DNA of 64,000 nucleotides from Catajapyx aquilonaris (Eukaryota), in NCBI GenBank assembly GCA_000934665.2, contig JYFJ02000032.1:62001-126000 (forward strand), written 5' to 3'. Below the pieces are notes generated by a model that saw only the letters and a program-made list of their open reading frames with translations, was not told where the DNA came from and searched no databases. Position 1 is the first letter of the stretch. Every line of letters starts with the position of its first letter. Shown piece after piece: positions 27,101-40,322 of this stretch. The translations under genes were made by a program, and so were the position numbers.

Positions 27101-30100
27101 TTGGCTAAATTCCCTTGCGGTTGAGATATCCGTCATGATTCCGTTGTCAGCCATGATTTCCCTAGACGAGAGACCAATCTATTCCGGGGAACTTTATTAT
27201 CCCTTCACTACACGTTGACCATTCCTCATTTTTTATCCTCATCTCTCCGGCTCCAAGAATCCTTTTTTTTCATCTTGCCATCTCGCATTGAACTATCGGT
27301 CTTGTTAGCACCGTCTTTTGATCCAGCATCCATCGGGGAGGTCAGGTGTCTGCCAGCTGTGCGTACAATACCGTGTCCGTTGAGAGAGAGAGCAAGGCGC
27401 GAATCTGCGGTCTGGATGGGGGGTGGCAGGAGGGGAACTTACCATGTTTATTGTGCATGGGGACAAGCGGAGATTTATGGAAACGGCCGGCGGGGGCTGG
27501 ATGCACATTGTGGTGTCATTGGCGCCATTTGTTGGTTGCGAGAGAGACAAGAGGAAAGCCCCCGGGCGCCGACTGCAGATGCCTCTGGCGACGGATTACA
27601 TAGGGGGAGAGAGAGGACTATTCAGAGAGAGAGGTAACAACCGCGAGAGGCTGCTGAACCCAACAGTAAGAGGATGCCGTGACCAACAAGGGAAAAAGAC
27701 ACAAGCTGCCTGATGTTCCTTTAGGACGTGGGGTCTGGACACTTGCCTGTCACTGCTGCCAGCTTCTAGCTAGAATATAAAAAAGAGAGGAAACTGGAGG
27801 AGAAAGAGATGGACTGATGTCGTGGAAAATGCGGTTCTCCGCATGTCAGCAACCTGACCTGGAAGCTCAGGTGGATTTGTCGCATTTTCTTGGGGCTGCT
27901 CTGATTGCATGATAACACTAAGCGGGCGAAGAGGTATTTTCATGGAAGGAAAAAAAAATTGTTGAATGGGAGGCTTTGGGGCCGGGAGGGTAATCTGATA
28001 TAAAGGTACAGTTCTTCCGAATGCGATGGGCCAAGAAAAGGATGCTTTTGGCAGGTCATCCAACTGGCACTTAACGGATGTTGCTCATTGTTGGGCAACA
28101 TAGAAATCCGGCCGATGTTGTCTCAAAGGGATCTGTTTTTATTGAATTATTTTCCTCCAAAAAAGGAGCTTCAAAAATATCCCAATGATCATAATTTCCT
28201 CCGATAAGTATATGGGCGTACATGAACATACAGAATTAATCCGCGAGTATACCATAAGTGACTTTCCCCTCTGACGTTGTGCCAAGATTTCGTCGTGTCT
28301 CAGGCGCGTAATCACAATATTCAATGCGGGGTAATCCCTGGTTGTCGGCTGTATTTATTTGCGTTACCAATGGTAACGTAAGCAATCCGGCCTCTCAAGG
28401 ACGGCCATTGACCACTGTTGATCGGCGGATGCGCCATCAAGTGAGCCATCGATTCCATTCTTTATGCACGCATATGTTTCTGGATTGTTTTGATGACGCG
28501 ACACATCCTATCGACGTTTTAAATTTGTCCTAGTTCGTTGTAGGTCTGGTATACATGCCAGTGCACAAGGTTAGAAATCCCATTGCAGCTCAAACTTGCG
28601 ACCTTTTGGACTGGAAAAATACTGCCACGCTTGTTTACATCCGTTGCACTGATGTGGCTCTAATTTGTGTTCTGAATTTATAGGGTAAGAACGACAAAAT
28701 TTTGCCCATTTCTTAAGACCTACTGTGTAAGCTGCATATGAAAATAATTTCAGTGTGGTAAGACCGGACTATTAACTGTCGCAGAAGCTGATTAAAATTT
28801 TCTCCCCGCTCGCTGCGACCACTTATACGACCTCCTCCAATTTGTTGCCAAAATTCCGGAATAAGACGCACACTGTTATTTTTTTTTCTTCCTCCACCGC
28901 CTTCATATATGTCCGGAGTAGATTGGGCAGGCAGATATACTCGTGTAATTTCAACCACCACAAAACATCTGGGGGTCCTAACCAGAAATTAGTAAAAGAG
29001 ACGTATCCTTTCCTTGCCTGCCCTGACTTTGTATTCTTTTAGCGCGCCTCTTGCTGAGTGTAGGAGCCCTGCTAATCGCCCGGTTTGTCTCCGGTCCCTG
29101 CAGCAGCCTTGTTTTGAATAGGAATCAACCAAGCAAACCGACCTGCCTCTTTCAGAGAACAGGGCAGTGGCGACGAGGACATAAGTAAGCTGGAGGCTAT
29201 CAGAGTCCGAATAAAATAAAAAAGCCGATTCTCACACCGTCACCACAGCTGAGTGGGCGGCACATTGCTGCAGCGATTTTGGAGGGTTTTTGGCCCCTGG
29301 GCGGACCCCATCTAGCCTGACGGGTTCTTCAGCCTTGTCCCGGCGAAGAAGTAGGCAGCACTCAGAAAAAAAAGAGGGCTTGTAATATACTGTAGTGAAA
29401 CTGGGCTGTGATAAATTTATAATTGTTCGCAGTGTCTTGTAATCTTCGGCAAGTAGTAACTTCGTGCAGTCGGCATTAACAATGGCTCCGATGCATTGTG
29501 CGCGGGAGGATATAGAAGGGAGTGCTGGAATGAATAAGGGAAGGGCTGGATGTAATTTATGGTGTGTGCTGCTCCATAATTGCTAGAATGATGCTTGGGC
29601 TGACCGTCATTTTTGGTCAAATCAACAATCGCGTATACACTAAATATTTGAAAAAAAGACTCGGCTGCGATACTGTCACCAGAGTGTACCTTGTCTTGCT
29701 TTTGTCGAAATATGAGTCGGTTTATTGATTCACAAGCCATGGGTTGCTCTCCTCATTCCGCATTGATGGAATCGATGTATAATAAATGCTTTGGGTATAT
29801 GGCTGGTTGACTGCTGGCGGCTCTCCGATTGGGTTGAAGACGCCGTCGCAAATCATTCTCTGACCAAGGATTAGTGATCCGGCAGTAATTTCTCTCGCAG
29901 TAAAGACTTGGCGATGTCGCCTGGGCAGCGTTGATAGAGGCGTGAAAGCAGACGAGGCCACATTTTCGAGAGGCAGACGACGACACTGCATGCTGGCGTC
30001 GGAGTCTGGGTAGGATGTGGGGGGGGGGGCAATCCAATCTTGCAGCTAACAGCAACGCCTCCCCCGAAAAGGAATTTTGCTTGGTTGGAGTGCCCTGGAG

Positions 30101-33100
30101 GGGGTTAGGAGAGAGAGAGGGGAGGGGGAAAGCCCCAAATCTGTATTTGCAAGGCAGCGCTCCAATAAAACGTGGGAGTTATTCAGGCAGTCCCCGGTGC
30201 CGGCGCATCATCTACTCTGGCTTTGCCCCAGAGACTTGCACTTGCTTCCTGTATAACTATGCGAGTGTCAAATTCTTCTCCGTCGTTGCGCTTGTAGAAT
30301 GCGCGAGACTATCCAGGTGATGTCAAGAGAAGAAAAAAAAGAGCAGAAAAAAATGTTTTCGGATTAAGAATTTTGCCGGTAAAAAATGCTGCTTGCGGAA
30401 TTTTCCCATTTGTTTCTTTGTACAAGGAATGCTTCTGCATTGTGTAAGCTGGGGAAGGAATCAGAATTGCGATAAGTGAAAAATGCAACGAGTATTCCCC
30501 TCAGGGTCCTGAGGATTTTCTATAGTGTGGGAAGAGATTCGATGGATTCTCTCCATGCAGTATGCACGTATAAGACGTAAACGCCAGTTAAGCACAATTA
30601 CGAGCTTATTTGATTTAAACATATCGCGTGGAAATATCCCACTGCTGATGCAGTGCTCGTCAAATTTACATTCATTCCTCCAGGCCCATGCGAAAAATCA
30701 CCCGGATCACTGCTCATTTTCCATGCACACTGTAAAGCAGGCTCTGGAGATATTTTCTCAATTATACACGCACTGCTGGTGCCTCCTCCCCCATAATGCA
30801 TATTGAGCACCACTGCATCGCCAGCCAAGATGAAACGTCAGCCGTTGAGAATGCAAAATGCATTCTGACTTTGATTCCGCCTCCAGCTTGCTCTGTAATC
30901 ACCCGCGAGACCACGCAACATATTCAGTGGGATCTGATATACACACCGAAAATGAGCCGTGGCATCAGAGATATGATGGGGGGGAAAGCACAACGCCAGC
31001 CAGTCAATCTCGATATGTGCACTCAGGCCCATCCGAGGATATCGTAATACCCACGGAAACAAGATAGGTTTACTTCGGGTTTCATTGCACGTTTCATCAG
31101 GCAGCGACTGGGGTTGGGACCAATAATGTATACTGTATCAGGGCAAAAAAGAAAAATTTTAAAGCGGTGCATGTGATGTAATAAGGTGGTGGTATAGAGT
31201 GTGAGATTCATACTTGCTGAAGAGCGTACCCTTGACTTTTCTGTGTGGCAAAAAAGAGATGTTTTCACCCCTGATTATGTAATTACAGCCGCTCTGACAA
31301 ATTGAGATAAATTTACTTATGTTTCTGCTGGCAACTACAGCTCTTTGTCGGCAATTAAACTGTGCAGTGTACAGCCTGGCAGTGGAGTGAACAGTGAAGC
31401 CCTCTTGGTGCATCTAGATGGAAAATTTTGTCCTTTGATAGTTACAGTTCCCATGAAATTATTCGCTTCGCCACTCAAAGAAGTTGCATTTATCGCATAT
31501 AAATTCATTTCGTCCTAGTATTTGGTACATTAACGTATGAAATTCTATGGGATATGACACCTTTTTTTACAGCTTCCAATTTGAGATAGTACCAGGTGAC
31601 ACTGCTGCCTTTTGAACGTACCATTTCCTTTGTTCTTTGCAATCAGTCACCGCAACAAAAGTCATCATTTCCCTCTGTTTGACCTCCCCGAAAAAAAGGG
31701 AGGGTTAACATCCAATTATGTGCCAGCTGTGGTATTCTGTATGGATCATTGACAAATTCTGAACAATTTATCATTAGTGCCCCATCACTAAATGAGGGCT
31801 GCTGCACTGTTGTATTTTAATCAGTTTGTGCCAATGATGGAACGAGCGCTTCGATTGTAAAGGCAGCAGTTAAATGCCAAGTTGCCAATTTGCCTTGCAA
31901 TTATGGCTTCCGGTTTGCAGTAATGTCATTTATGGGAGCACTTTCCTGTCATTAACTGGTTTTTCAATAAGGTGAATCCACGTGGCTTTTGACCCGATGC
32001 AAAATCGATGGAAGTGATGTGACCTCCAAACTGGGACTCATGCACTACATAATTATTGGGTTGGAAAATTGCGGAAATTAATAGCATCTTTGCACAGTGC
32101 AAATTATTAGCTCTTCTTTTCGCAACAGTCGAACGGTAAATAGTGTTACGTACTATTAATCCAGAAAGAAAACAAAGTGAGACAGTTATAATGATAAAAA
32201 TCTAAGATATATACAGTAGTTGCACTCTTATCAGACATACCATCGACCTTGTTTTCCACTGTTGAATAATTGTTGCTTGCAATTATTAGTCTAATAACAA
32301 TATTTTTAAAAAACCTGGATATACTAGTCTGGAAAAGGTTAGCATGCGCAATCCATTATTATCTGAATTTATTCCTTACTTGTGATAATGAGATTTTAGA
32401 AATGCGCATAAATTGATCGCTTTGTCAGGTGTAGTTTTAAATTTTAGAAACGGAATTTTTGCAACATGTGAGAACATTCCCAGAAGAACAAAAAATGTTG
32501 TAATGGTCTCAATCTTTTACACCTTGCTGAAAAATTATTGTTTCCGCTATGTTCATTGTTGTTGCAGCATATTAATTGAGTGTGGGAATACTCGGCACAA
32601 TATACTTTACCAGAATAGATCCTGGTCTCTGTACTGTTGGAGAACAGCTTAGTTAAATACTGCATTCAAGGATTTGCATGTACACTGTAAGTGAAGTTAA
32701 TTAATAATGTAAGGAAATATGTAAAGCCAGCTAAAGTAACAGCGGTTGGTTTGCACTTGAGGTATTATCAGTCCTCTCCTGACTGTTTTATCCATATCCA
32801 CAGCCTTTTAGCGTGTTTGAGCCTTTATGACTACTGTACTTATGTGACCTGGTTTTACATTTTACTAAAGTACACGACACTAATAATGTTTAAAAAAGTT
32901 TAAAAGTGATTTTATTAATAATGCCAGTTGATCTTTCAAACAGCTTGATAAGTTGGTGCCACACAGGTTTATAGTAAAAAGCCTGCTGGAATTACTGTAC
33001 TTGCGAATAATTTTTGCGACAGTGTCAAGCATTTTCCCTTCTTACTCCCCCTGAAGCCCTTTTTGCAGTGCGCATTAGTATTCAGCGGCTTTTATTGCAC

Positions 33101-33599
33101 GGCGTTTGAACCGGACTTTTTGCTGGATCCCAGGAATTGGGGATATATGGTGCAAGGGAAGGATGAGCAGAGTTAGGGAGCATGTCATTGCGCGCTTACA
33201 AAGTGGGTCCCTCGAGGCCTATCTACGCACTCGGTCGTAAGATTACTCCTAAGCAACCCTGTTTGTGTGACTCATCATGAATGATCGTCCCAACCTTGTT
33301 ATTTTTTGTAACAACCGACCGACTTTGGCGACGTCGAATATAATTCACCTCGTGTTAATTAATTAAAAATAGGGGTGGGGTTTTTCCCTCCCCGGAATAA
33401 AATGAGGCTAATTCCTGATAGACTCCTTGGGACCGTGAAACTTGGTGCCTACCAAATCGCACACCTAGGCAGCTCAACTCGAGAGTGATGCCTCTTGGGC
33501 TTTGTAATTAGAGTTCAGCGGTAGACGTGGCTTGAATGACCCTGGGATCTTTTTGGCGTGCCGGAGACTATGGAGGGAAGACGCCAAATCGTGAGAACC

Positions 33600-33945
33600 A
33601 TATCTATAATTAAATCGGTGGACTAATAGTAATTAATCCGAGGCATGTTGAATGGCAATGAAGCGAGCAGCTGCGACAAAGGGAGCCCCCCAACCCAGTG
33701 AGAGAGAGAAGAGGATTAGACAGATTCCGAATGGGAACATCACTTTGCTGATAGGACATTCAGTGGAACTGGATTAGGGAGATAGACCCTTACTCATTTG
33801 ATTTATAATCCAATCAATACGCACTCTGTTTATCAATTATTTTTAGCCGTGGCGCCGTTCTAAAATTAAAGCGCCCTGTTTACATGCATTTTCAGTGTGT
33901 GGTCGATTAATCAGTTTGGCCACCGAGCGGTCGTTTAATTAGCCA
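33600..33945. promoter_or_regulatory. candidate enhancer: homeodomain-site cluster
   Basis: TAATCC/GGATTA at 33634, 33713, 33771 and 33806; TGATTTAT at 33799; several TAATTA sites. Confidence 0.3.
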
Positions 33946-35134
33946 GTTGTGTCAGGGCTCGCGACCTAAAGCCCAACCATATGCTTCTGATGGACAGGCG
34001 TTTTTTGGGGGGAAGGATCGGTGTATATTGTGGGGCGGACAAGAGGCAACTAAGGCAGTTAGGATAAACACAAGGCTGACCCTGGAATCGAACCCAGAAC
34101 TTGTGTGCATCTGGCTGTAAAATCGGTGGAATGGGAGAAATCACATTAGCCCTGCTCGCGGCGCAACAACCGGTCGTAAAGGCATTTTTGACTGCATCGG
34201 TTGTCCTTCGATCACGAAATTGGCCTCTTCTGAGTGCAGATCGCTGATCTGTCGTGAGATGTGCTGGTGATGGCAGGCGGAAGAATGGCCTTTGCCAGCA
34301 GGGTCTTGTTTGGCTCCTCCAGCCAACCATCTGGCCTGATCTTAGCTTGGTGTGCAGTGCATGATGGCGATGAGCACTCACACTCCCATTTCCCATGCAA
34401 GACCAATTTCGGGAAATGCAATAGCACGCCGGGCCCCAACGATCTTCCAGGCTTATTAGTCTACTGATCTAGAGTACTGAGCGTATCCCGAGGCTTTTGT
34501 GCCAGGAACAGGAGGAGAGACGAGACAGAGAGAGAGAGGTCTTCTCCGGCTGCTGCCATCACATCCCAGACCAGTCGTTGAAAGCACCAGGATCGTTCCG
34601 AGACATCCTTCCTCCTCCTCCTCCCTTTTGACAAAGGTCGTGGGAGCCAAACTCCGGGACTCGATGTAGTGTAACCGAGGAAATAGAGCTGTTAAGACAG
34701 CTGGGCTTGCTCCTCCGCCCAAGATTTATGCACCTTTATAATGTAGTAAAGCAGACCTCACGTCGACTCCTCGCCATCCACGCTCTCTCTTGGCTATATA
34801 AGTCCCCCCCCCAGTCTTCCCTACCCCCTCCTTCCCCTACTTGTCCTCTTCTTCTTTCCGCAGCACATGATAATGCTGTGCCTCCTAAATACTGAATAAG
34901 CGGTTCCAGGACGTCTGACTGTAAGTGGGTCAAGTGCTATTTTCTTGAGGAGCAGTTTCATTACTGCGCTGCATTCAGAACCACTTCCTAAGACTGGCTG
35001 CCATGAATAAATATTTATTAAAGTCGACTTCACGGGATATCTCCAACTCTGTCGGCTCGTTGTGCGTGCGTGTAGAGTTGGTTAGTGATATGATCATACT
35101 TTTCAATTTTGTGATACGGTTCCTGGGGCAGAGA

Positions 35135-35150
35135 TATTATTATTATTAAA

Positions 35151-35206
<56 letters not shown>
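35135..35206. repeat. (TAT)n/(ATA)n trinucleotide microsatellite
   Basis: About 4 units at 35135-35148, an AA interruption, then about 18 perfect units at 35151-35206. Confidence 0.97.
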
Positions 35207-35207
<1 letters not shown>

Positions 35208-38200
35208 AAATCCGGCCTATTTTGTGCCCCATGTAGCCTATACCAAGAGATGTACGTCTGGCAGGTGCAAGGGAAGTGTGAGATGGGGGGACAATAAGAG
35301 GGGCCTTGTGTAGACCACCCGATTAGTGTGTAAAGTCATCAAGCCGATAGAGCGCAGCAGAAGGGTTGGGATTGGGGTTGGGTGGGATGAAGGAACGAGT
35401 GGTGTCCAGTGGTTCCGGTTTTCCGGTGGACCGCACTTTTGGACCCTCCGAATGAGTGGCGAGGGTGGAGAGAGACTAGAGAGGACGGCTTGGCCTCGGA
35501 TGCTGTGGAAATGAGCTTTTCCCTCATAAAGACGGACGGATGGCCCGGGATATATAGAAGGGAAGGAGGCGTCGGCGGCGTCGGCACTCACAGCCAAAGG
35601 CGGGGTTATTATTCCCTGCTATAAGTGCTCAGATGGTCTCACCAGACCTGAATCCGCAATCACTTCTCAGGAGGCTTGCTCTACGCCAATAAGTTTACTC
35701 GCTTTATATGATCATGCGGTGAGGCGGATCACGTACTCATACAGGGTGGCCCAACCAAATGCATTGCCCTAATAATTTGTGTCGAGGAGCAGCCACGCAA
35801 TGTAATACTAGGGTTCAATGAAAGCTTCTTTTCATACATGGAATTGAATGTTTCCTTTGGGAGTCCCCTCGACTAACTCCATTCTTAGAACCACTTTCCC
35901 ATCAATTGGAGTAAATATTTGACTGATATCGATGACAAAATTGCTTAAATTGCCGATTGTGTCATTTGAGAAATTGTCCTCAAAAGTAGCGAGCACTATT
36001 TCAAGCAAAGAAAGTGAAGGCTCCCAAAATGAGCAGAAGCCCACTTTAAAAATAACTTGGCAAAGTATCTCACATTATGTTAGATCCTCTGCTATACATT
36101 GTGCTATTGAACTATACATAATGTCAGGGCAGTATTTTTCTGCCCCTCTCTCTGTTGGCGTCTTGCCCCTTCTCTCTCCCTCTCTCTCTTTCATTCCATC
36201 TCTCCCAACACCCCCTGAAGAGCCGCAATCGTGGCCATCAGTATTCGGTGCAGCAGTGGTGGACCTAATAATAATGCTTTGCGGTCTGCCAGCCGCGGAC
36301 GGGATCGGAGAGAGGAGTCGAAAGAAGGGAGGGGTCAAAATCCTAAATCAAGCCAGACGTGATCAAAACGCTGGCAATTTCTTTTCAAATCCTTTGAGCT
36401 CTATATATTTTTTATACCTTTTTTCCCTCCTCCTCCTCCTCCAGTTGACCTGGAGACGATTACTGGAGATCTTAGGCCTGGGCTTTATCTTGATCCCAAC
36501 GGTGACAGAGAGCGGTCCCCTTGAAACGTCCCATTCCGAACACGAAAGTAATTTACTCGGGATTATTACAAAAACGTGTCAGGGTTGAGGAGGTGCAGTC
36601 GCTTTTGCTCGGGAACATACTAAACTTTTTGATCCGGTTTATACACACAGTGGATAAGCCGTCGTCACGGACTCACTTGAAGGCCGGAGAGCTGGTTTGA
36701 ATTTGTACATTTTGGAGTTCAGTTTGCGATATTTTTTGGGGAGCGCCATCAGGTGGCTGTCTCCACCTGTACGACACAATCATTACGAGATTGCAAACAC
36801 GACTTCCAGCAGTGATATAGGCCATGGTTTTGTACACACCTTACCAGTCAGTGTGATTCACCTTGCCTGGCCAGAAACCCGGGGCTTTCAAAATGACCTG
36901 GCTCCTCCGCAGATTTATAACGGCCGAAGTACTACGTGGGGCTTGATTTAACGTTTGTAATTCCTCTAATGACGCGGAGGTGAGCCCTCGGAGTTTTTAC
37001 CCCTGCAGTTGGTCCCCCCCAAACATGCACGTGAGGAAATTTACCGCTTCCTGTTAGGTGATGCTTGGTATTGTTTCACTGCCCACAGTCGGAGGAAAAA
37101 CTGTTCATCCAGGCCCCGCGGATTCCTCAGTTATAAATTCGCTTGTCTAATTGCCGTCCAGACGACAATTACTTCTTACAGCGCCACCGCGGTTACCATG
37201 AATTTTTTGGGCAGCCCCCCCGGTCTTGCTGTTTTTTTTTTTCCCCACGGAATGTATAAAAAAGCTAAATGAATTTCTGAACCTGGCAGGACCGGACACT
37301 AAATCTTGGTCGCAGTCCTGATATGCGTCAGAAAAGGCCGGCAAATGCGACGTGGGTGAATTACCATATACGAGCTAAGTTTCCACATGTGTGGACAGAG
37401 TGATGCAAAGGGAACGGATATTCGGATTTTGAAGGCTCAAATTGCTCTACTTCATCTTGGACATTTGTACTCGTATAGGCTCCATTACACTTTGAATTAC
37501 TGAATTTTGAGTGGATTTTCTATTGTTCCGAATGTTTTTGAGTGGCAATTCACATTCAGCCAACTCGCTAACGCAATTAGTTCTGTGAAATTAACATGAA
37601 ATCATTTTAAACTACAATTGGCATTGCATTATTGATAATTAGAATTAAATATTCATTAATATATACTGTGAATTATTCATTCAGTATTCATTATATATGT
37701 GACATTAAATTGATCTTTATTGATATAAGTTATATAACTAATTTATTATTACAATGTTAATAATAATAATTCGGTATTTAGGCATGGTGTAGAAATATCT
37801 TTAAAAATCTAAAGGAGTCCATTCGGAGTGAATATATTATCAATCGTCAAAAGAGGATGCTATACTTCAAATAGTAGTTCATTCCACACATTGCGTCTGC
37901 ACACTTGAAATACTGTACTTTAGACAACGAGAAGGAAATTACATCATTTTTATTTTTGTTTCGTCAGTTCACTTGAATTATCCTGTCAGTTATGCCACCC
38001 CACAACCACTCGTGCCAGATGAGCAGTCTAACCCGCAGGATATTACCTGTTATTCACGCATGAACAGCAAACAGTAACAGAAATGAAAAAACTTGAACGT
38101 TTATTACTTCAATTTTGTCTTTAAAGTCCCGAATGAACATAAATCCGACCCTGCACTGTTGACGGTACAGGTGCCGCAGCCACTTGCTTTATTTTGACTA

Positions 38201-38463
38201 GTGTGTAATGCCCCTGAACACTCACACACTGCCTCGCATCCTGTCTCGGGAGGGCCAGACTACTCCAGATATCCAAACTGGCTTACCTTCGCCCGTCACG
38301 GCTGGAATTCTTGTAGCAATTACGAAACCCAGCGTGACTAATATTTGATTAGAACAGTCTAATTATTCCAAGGTCGGAGGCGACCATTTTTACCCCGCCG
38401 TTATCTGGATGAAGAGAAAAGGAGAGTACTGCCCCCTCAGCCCCTTCCACGAAAAGAAAGAGA

Positions 38464-38476
38464 GGGGGGGGGGGGG
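38464..38476 (+). repeat. poly-G tract (G13), longest seen in the window
   Basis: Homopolymer read directly. Confidence 0.9.
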
Positions 38477-38600
38477 CACCCTATTAAGTTCGGCTCATTA
38501 CTATTGTGGAGGTCGACCCTTTCTTTTTTCCCAGGAAAAACATGGAAGCCAGTTACGATGTCATCTCAAAAGAGGGTGATTGATGGTGGGTTGGTATACA

Positions 38601-38645
38601 ACAGGGTGCTCCACCTTTACAGCAGTACAGTTGGATCACCCTGTA
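38601..38645. mobile_element. tiny inverted repeat with Tc1/mariner-like CAGGGTG termini (possible internally deleted remnant)
   Basis: ACAGGGTGCTCCA (38601-38613) vs reverse complement of TGGATCACCCTGT (38632-38644), 12/13 match. The right end is followed by TA but the left end lacks a clean TA. Confidence 0.3.
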
Positions 38646-40215
38646 CATGAGGCACGGGCATGTGAGCAGTTCGGTAGGAGTTTGTTTGATGAATGGGGCA
38701 GAAGAGCGTTGAAGGGACGCTGCGGCAGCAACTGCCTTCGCAAGTCACGCAACGCCAAAGAAGTATTAGAAAGCCGTTTTTCGTGGCCTGCGATGGACTG
38801 GGCTGGCCAACAGGTGCCAAAGAACGGGGAGGGACGACTCAGGAGGGGGCGCCCTGAGCTGTGTGAATGTGGAATGCTCGAGGTCCAAAGAACCATCAAA
38901 GCCATAAATAATCCGGCCCAAAGTGGTCTGTCTCGCTGTTGTTCCGGCGCCTTTTCCGGCAGGTATTTATCGCCTTCATGCGTCGTCTCATTCGGAGACA
39001 TTGGAGCCCATTTTGCACGCTGCCAGGTGACACATTGGTACCGCACTCCCCTTGGTACTTTATAGCTAACGATGACACCCCATTTCCAGCACACTGGCCG
39101 AGTGTCAACGCATATTACAGTTGAGGAGATGTAATATAGCGTCGATATCAAATGGTGCGGCGTTGCCTGAATTACGTGTCGAATGTCACATTAGCAGTGT
39201 TGCCGCATCTCCGACCTGTGCTTCCACCTATTGGGAGCTGTGGTGTCCAACATGGCCGCTGTTTAGTTATGCTTGGTTGGAGTTCACTGCTATGCCCATG
39301 AAAGAATATTAGGCCTAAGTGGGAGGCGCGTTTAAAAAAAAGCGGTATGTCCACTTGGCCCGTTGAAAGAGGTTCCTTCTTTTACACCCTCAGCAGCAGA
39401 GTCTTCGCAGGCTAATTATTCTGGTGGCCCTCCTGCTGCTCCCCGTCTATTAGTTCCCACGAGAGAATAGCAGTTTGCTAACTCGGCTGTGTGATTGCTC
39501 ATCCATAGAAACGACAGGTGTCATGGCACATGTACCTGCCACAAGAGTGGTTTGGTCCGTCGGTCTGGTTTGCAGCCGCCGTCAAGCAGGGATGACGTGT
39601 CGGGTTCCCCTCGTAAATGAATCAAAATAATGACTGGCTGATTCTGACAGGTAGATGCAGCAAGCACTTGCTTTCGATAATATGAAAAGTGAACCCCCTG
39701 CGGAGCCTTACCCTGTCAGCTTCCTATTAGAAGACATAGGCTTCCCCTCCTCTCCTATCAGCTGCTATTAAAGAGAGAGGGCCTTCTTGCTGCCTCGGAT
39801 CATAAAAGAGGAATCAATGGGCAGGAACCGCCATGGGTGTGGTCCTTTTTCCTCCTCCCTGTCTTTTTACACCCCCCAAAATTGAGAGTCCATCGTTCAT
39901 TTTGGTTAGAGTTTTTTTTTCTCTTTCGAGATGGACTTGGGGGTCCAACCCTTAGGGAGTGGCGCCTTGACTTTTCTCCAATTTAGCGGCCGCAGTATCT
40001 GAAAGGCCGGATTCTTCGCGCCGGATAAACAATGCGTTTGATGAAGATGGATGAGGTGTTGTCAAGTTATTTAGGCGCAATGGCACTGTCGCTCTTCCAT
40101 TTGAATACACCATTCTTATTCTATAGTGTTGTGACCAGGGGCCTGTGCCAGATTTTTATACATCGAACATTCTATCGATGGGCGCATTCAGGCCTTTTCA
40201 GGAGTAAACCTGGGT

Positions 40216-40322
40216 AAGACAAAGAGGACCGGGTGGCAGCTGGTTTGTCTCCGGAGAAAAAATGTGTATCTTTAGGTTGACGGTGTTAATTTATCAGCCG
40301 AGAAAGACAAGGAGGACCGGGT
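40216..40322 (+). repeat. 19-nt imperfect direct repeat pair
   Basis: AAGACAAAGAGGACCGGGT (40216-40234) and AAGACAAGGAGGACCGGGT (40304-40322), 18/19 identical, 88 nt apart. Confidence 0.75.

Noticed and set aside
32212..32838. AT-rich block bounded by TACAGTAGT / ACTACTGTA as a possible MITE
   Set aside because: Only 9 bp of inverted identity, using a motif that is common throughout the window.
35932..36588. Longest ORF (218 aa)
   Set aside because: No recognisable domain; it runs through CT-rich low-complexity sequence, and its length is plausible by chance in 64 kb.
38580..39151. Overlapping 161-aa and 171-aa ORFs on opposite strands
   Set aside because: A locally GC-rich, stop-poor segment; neither translation resembles a known protein.
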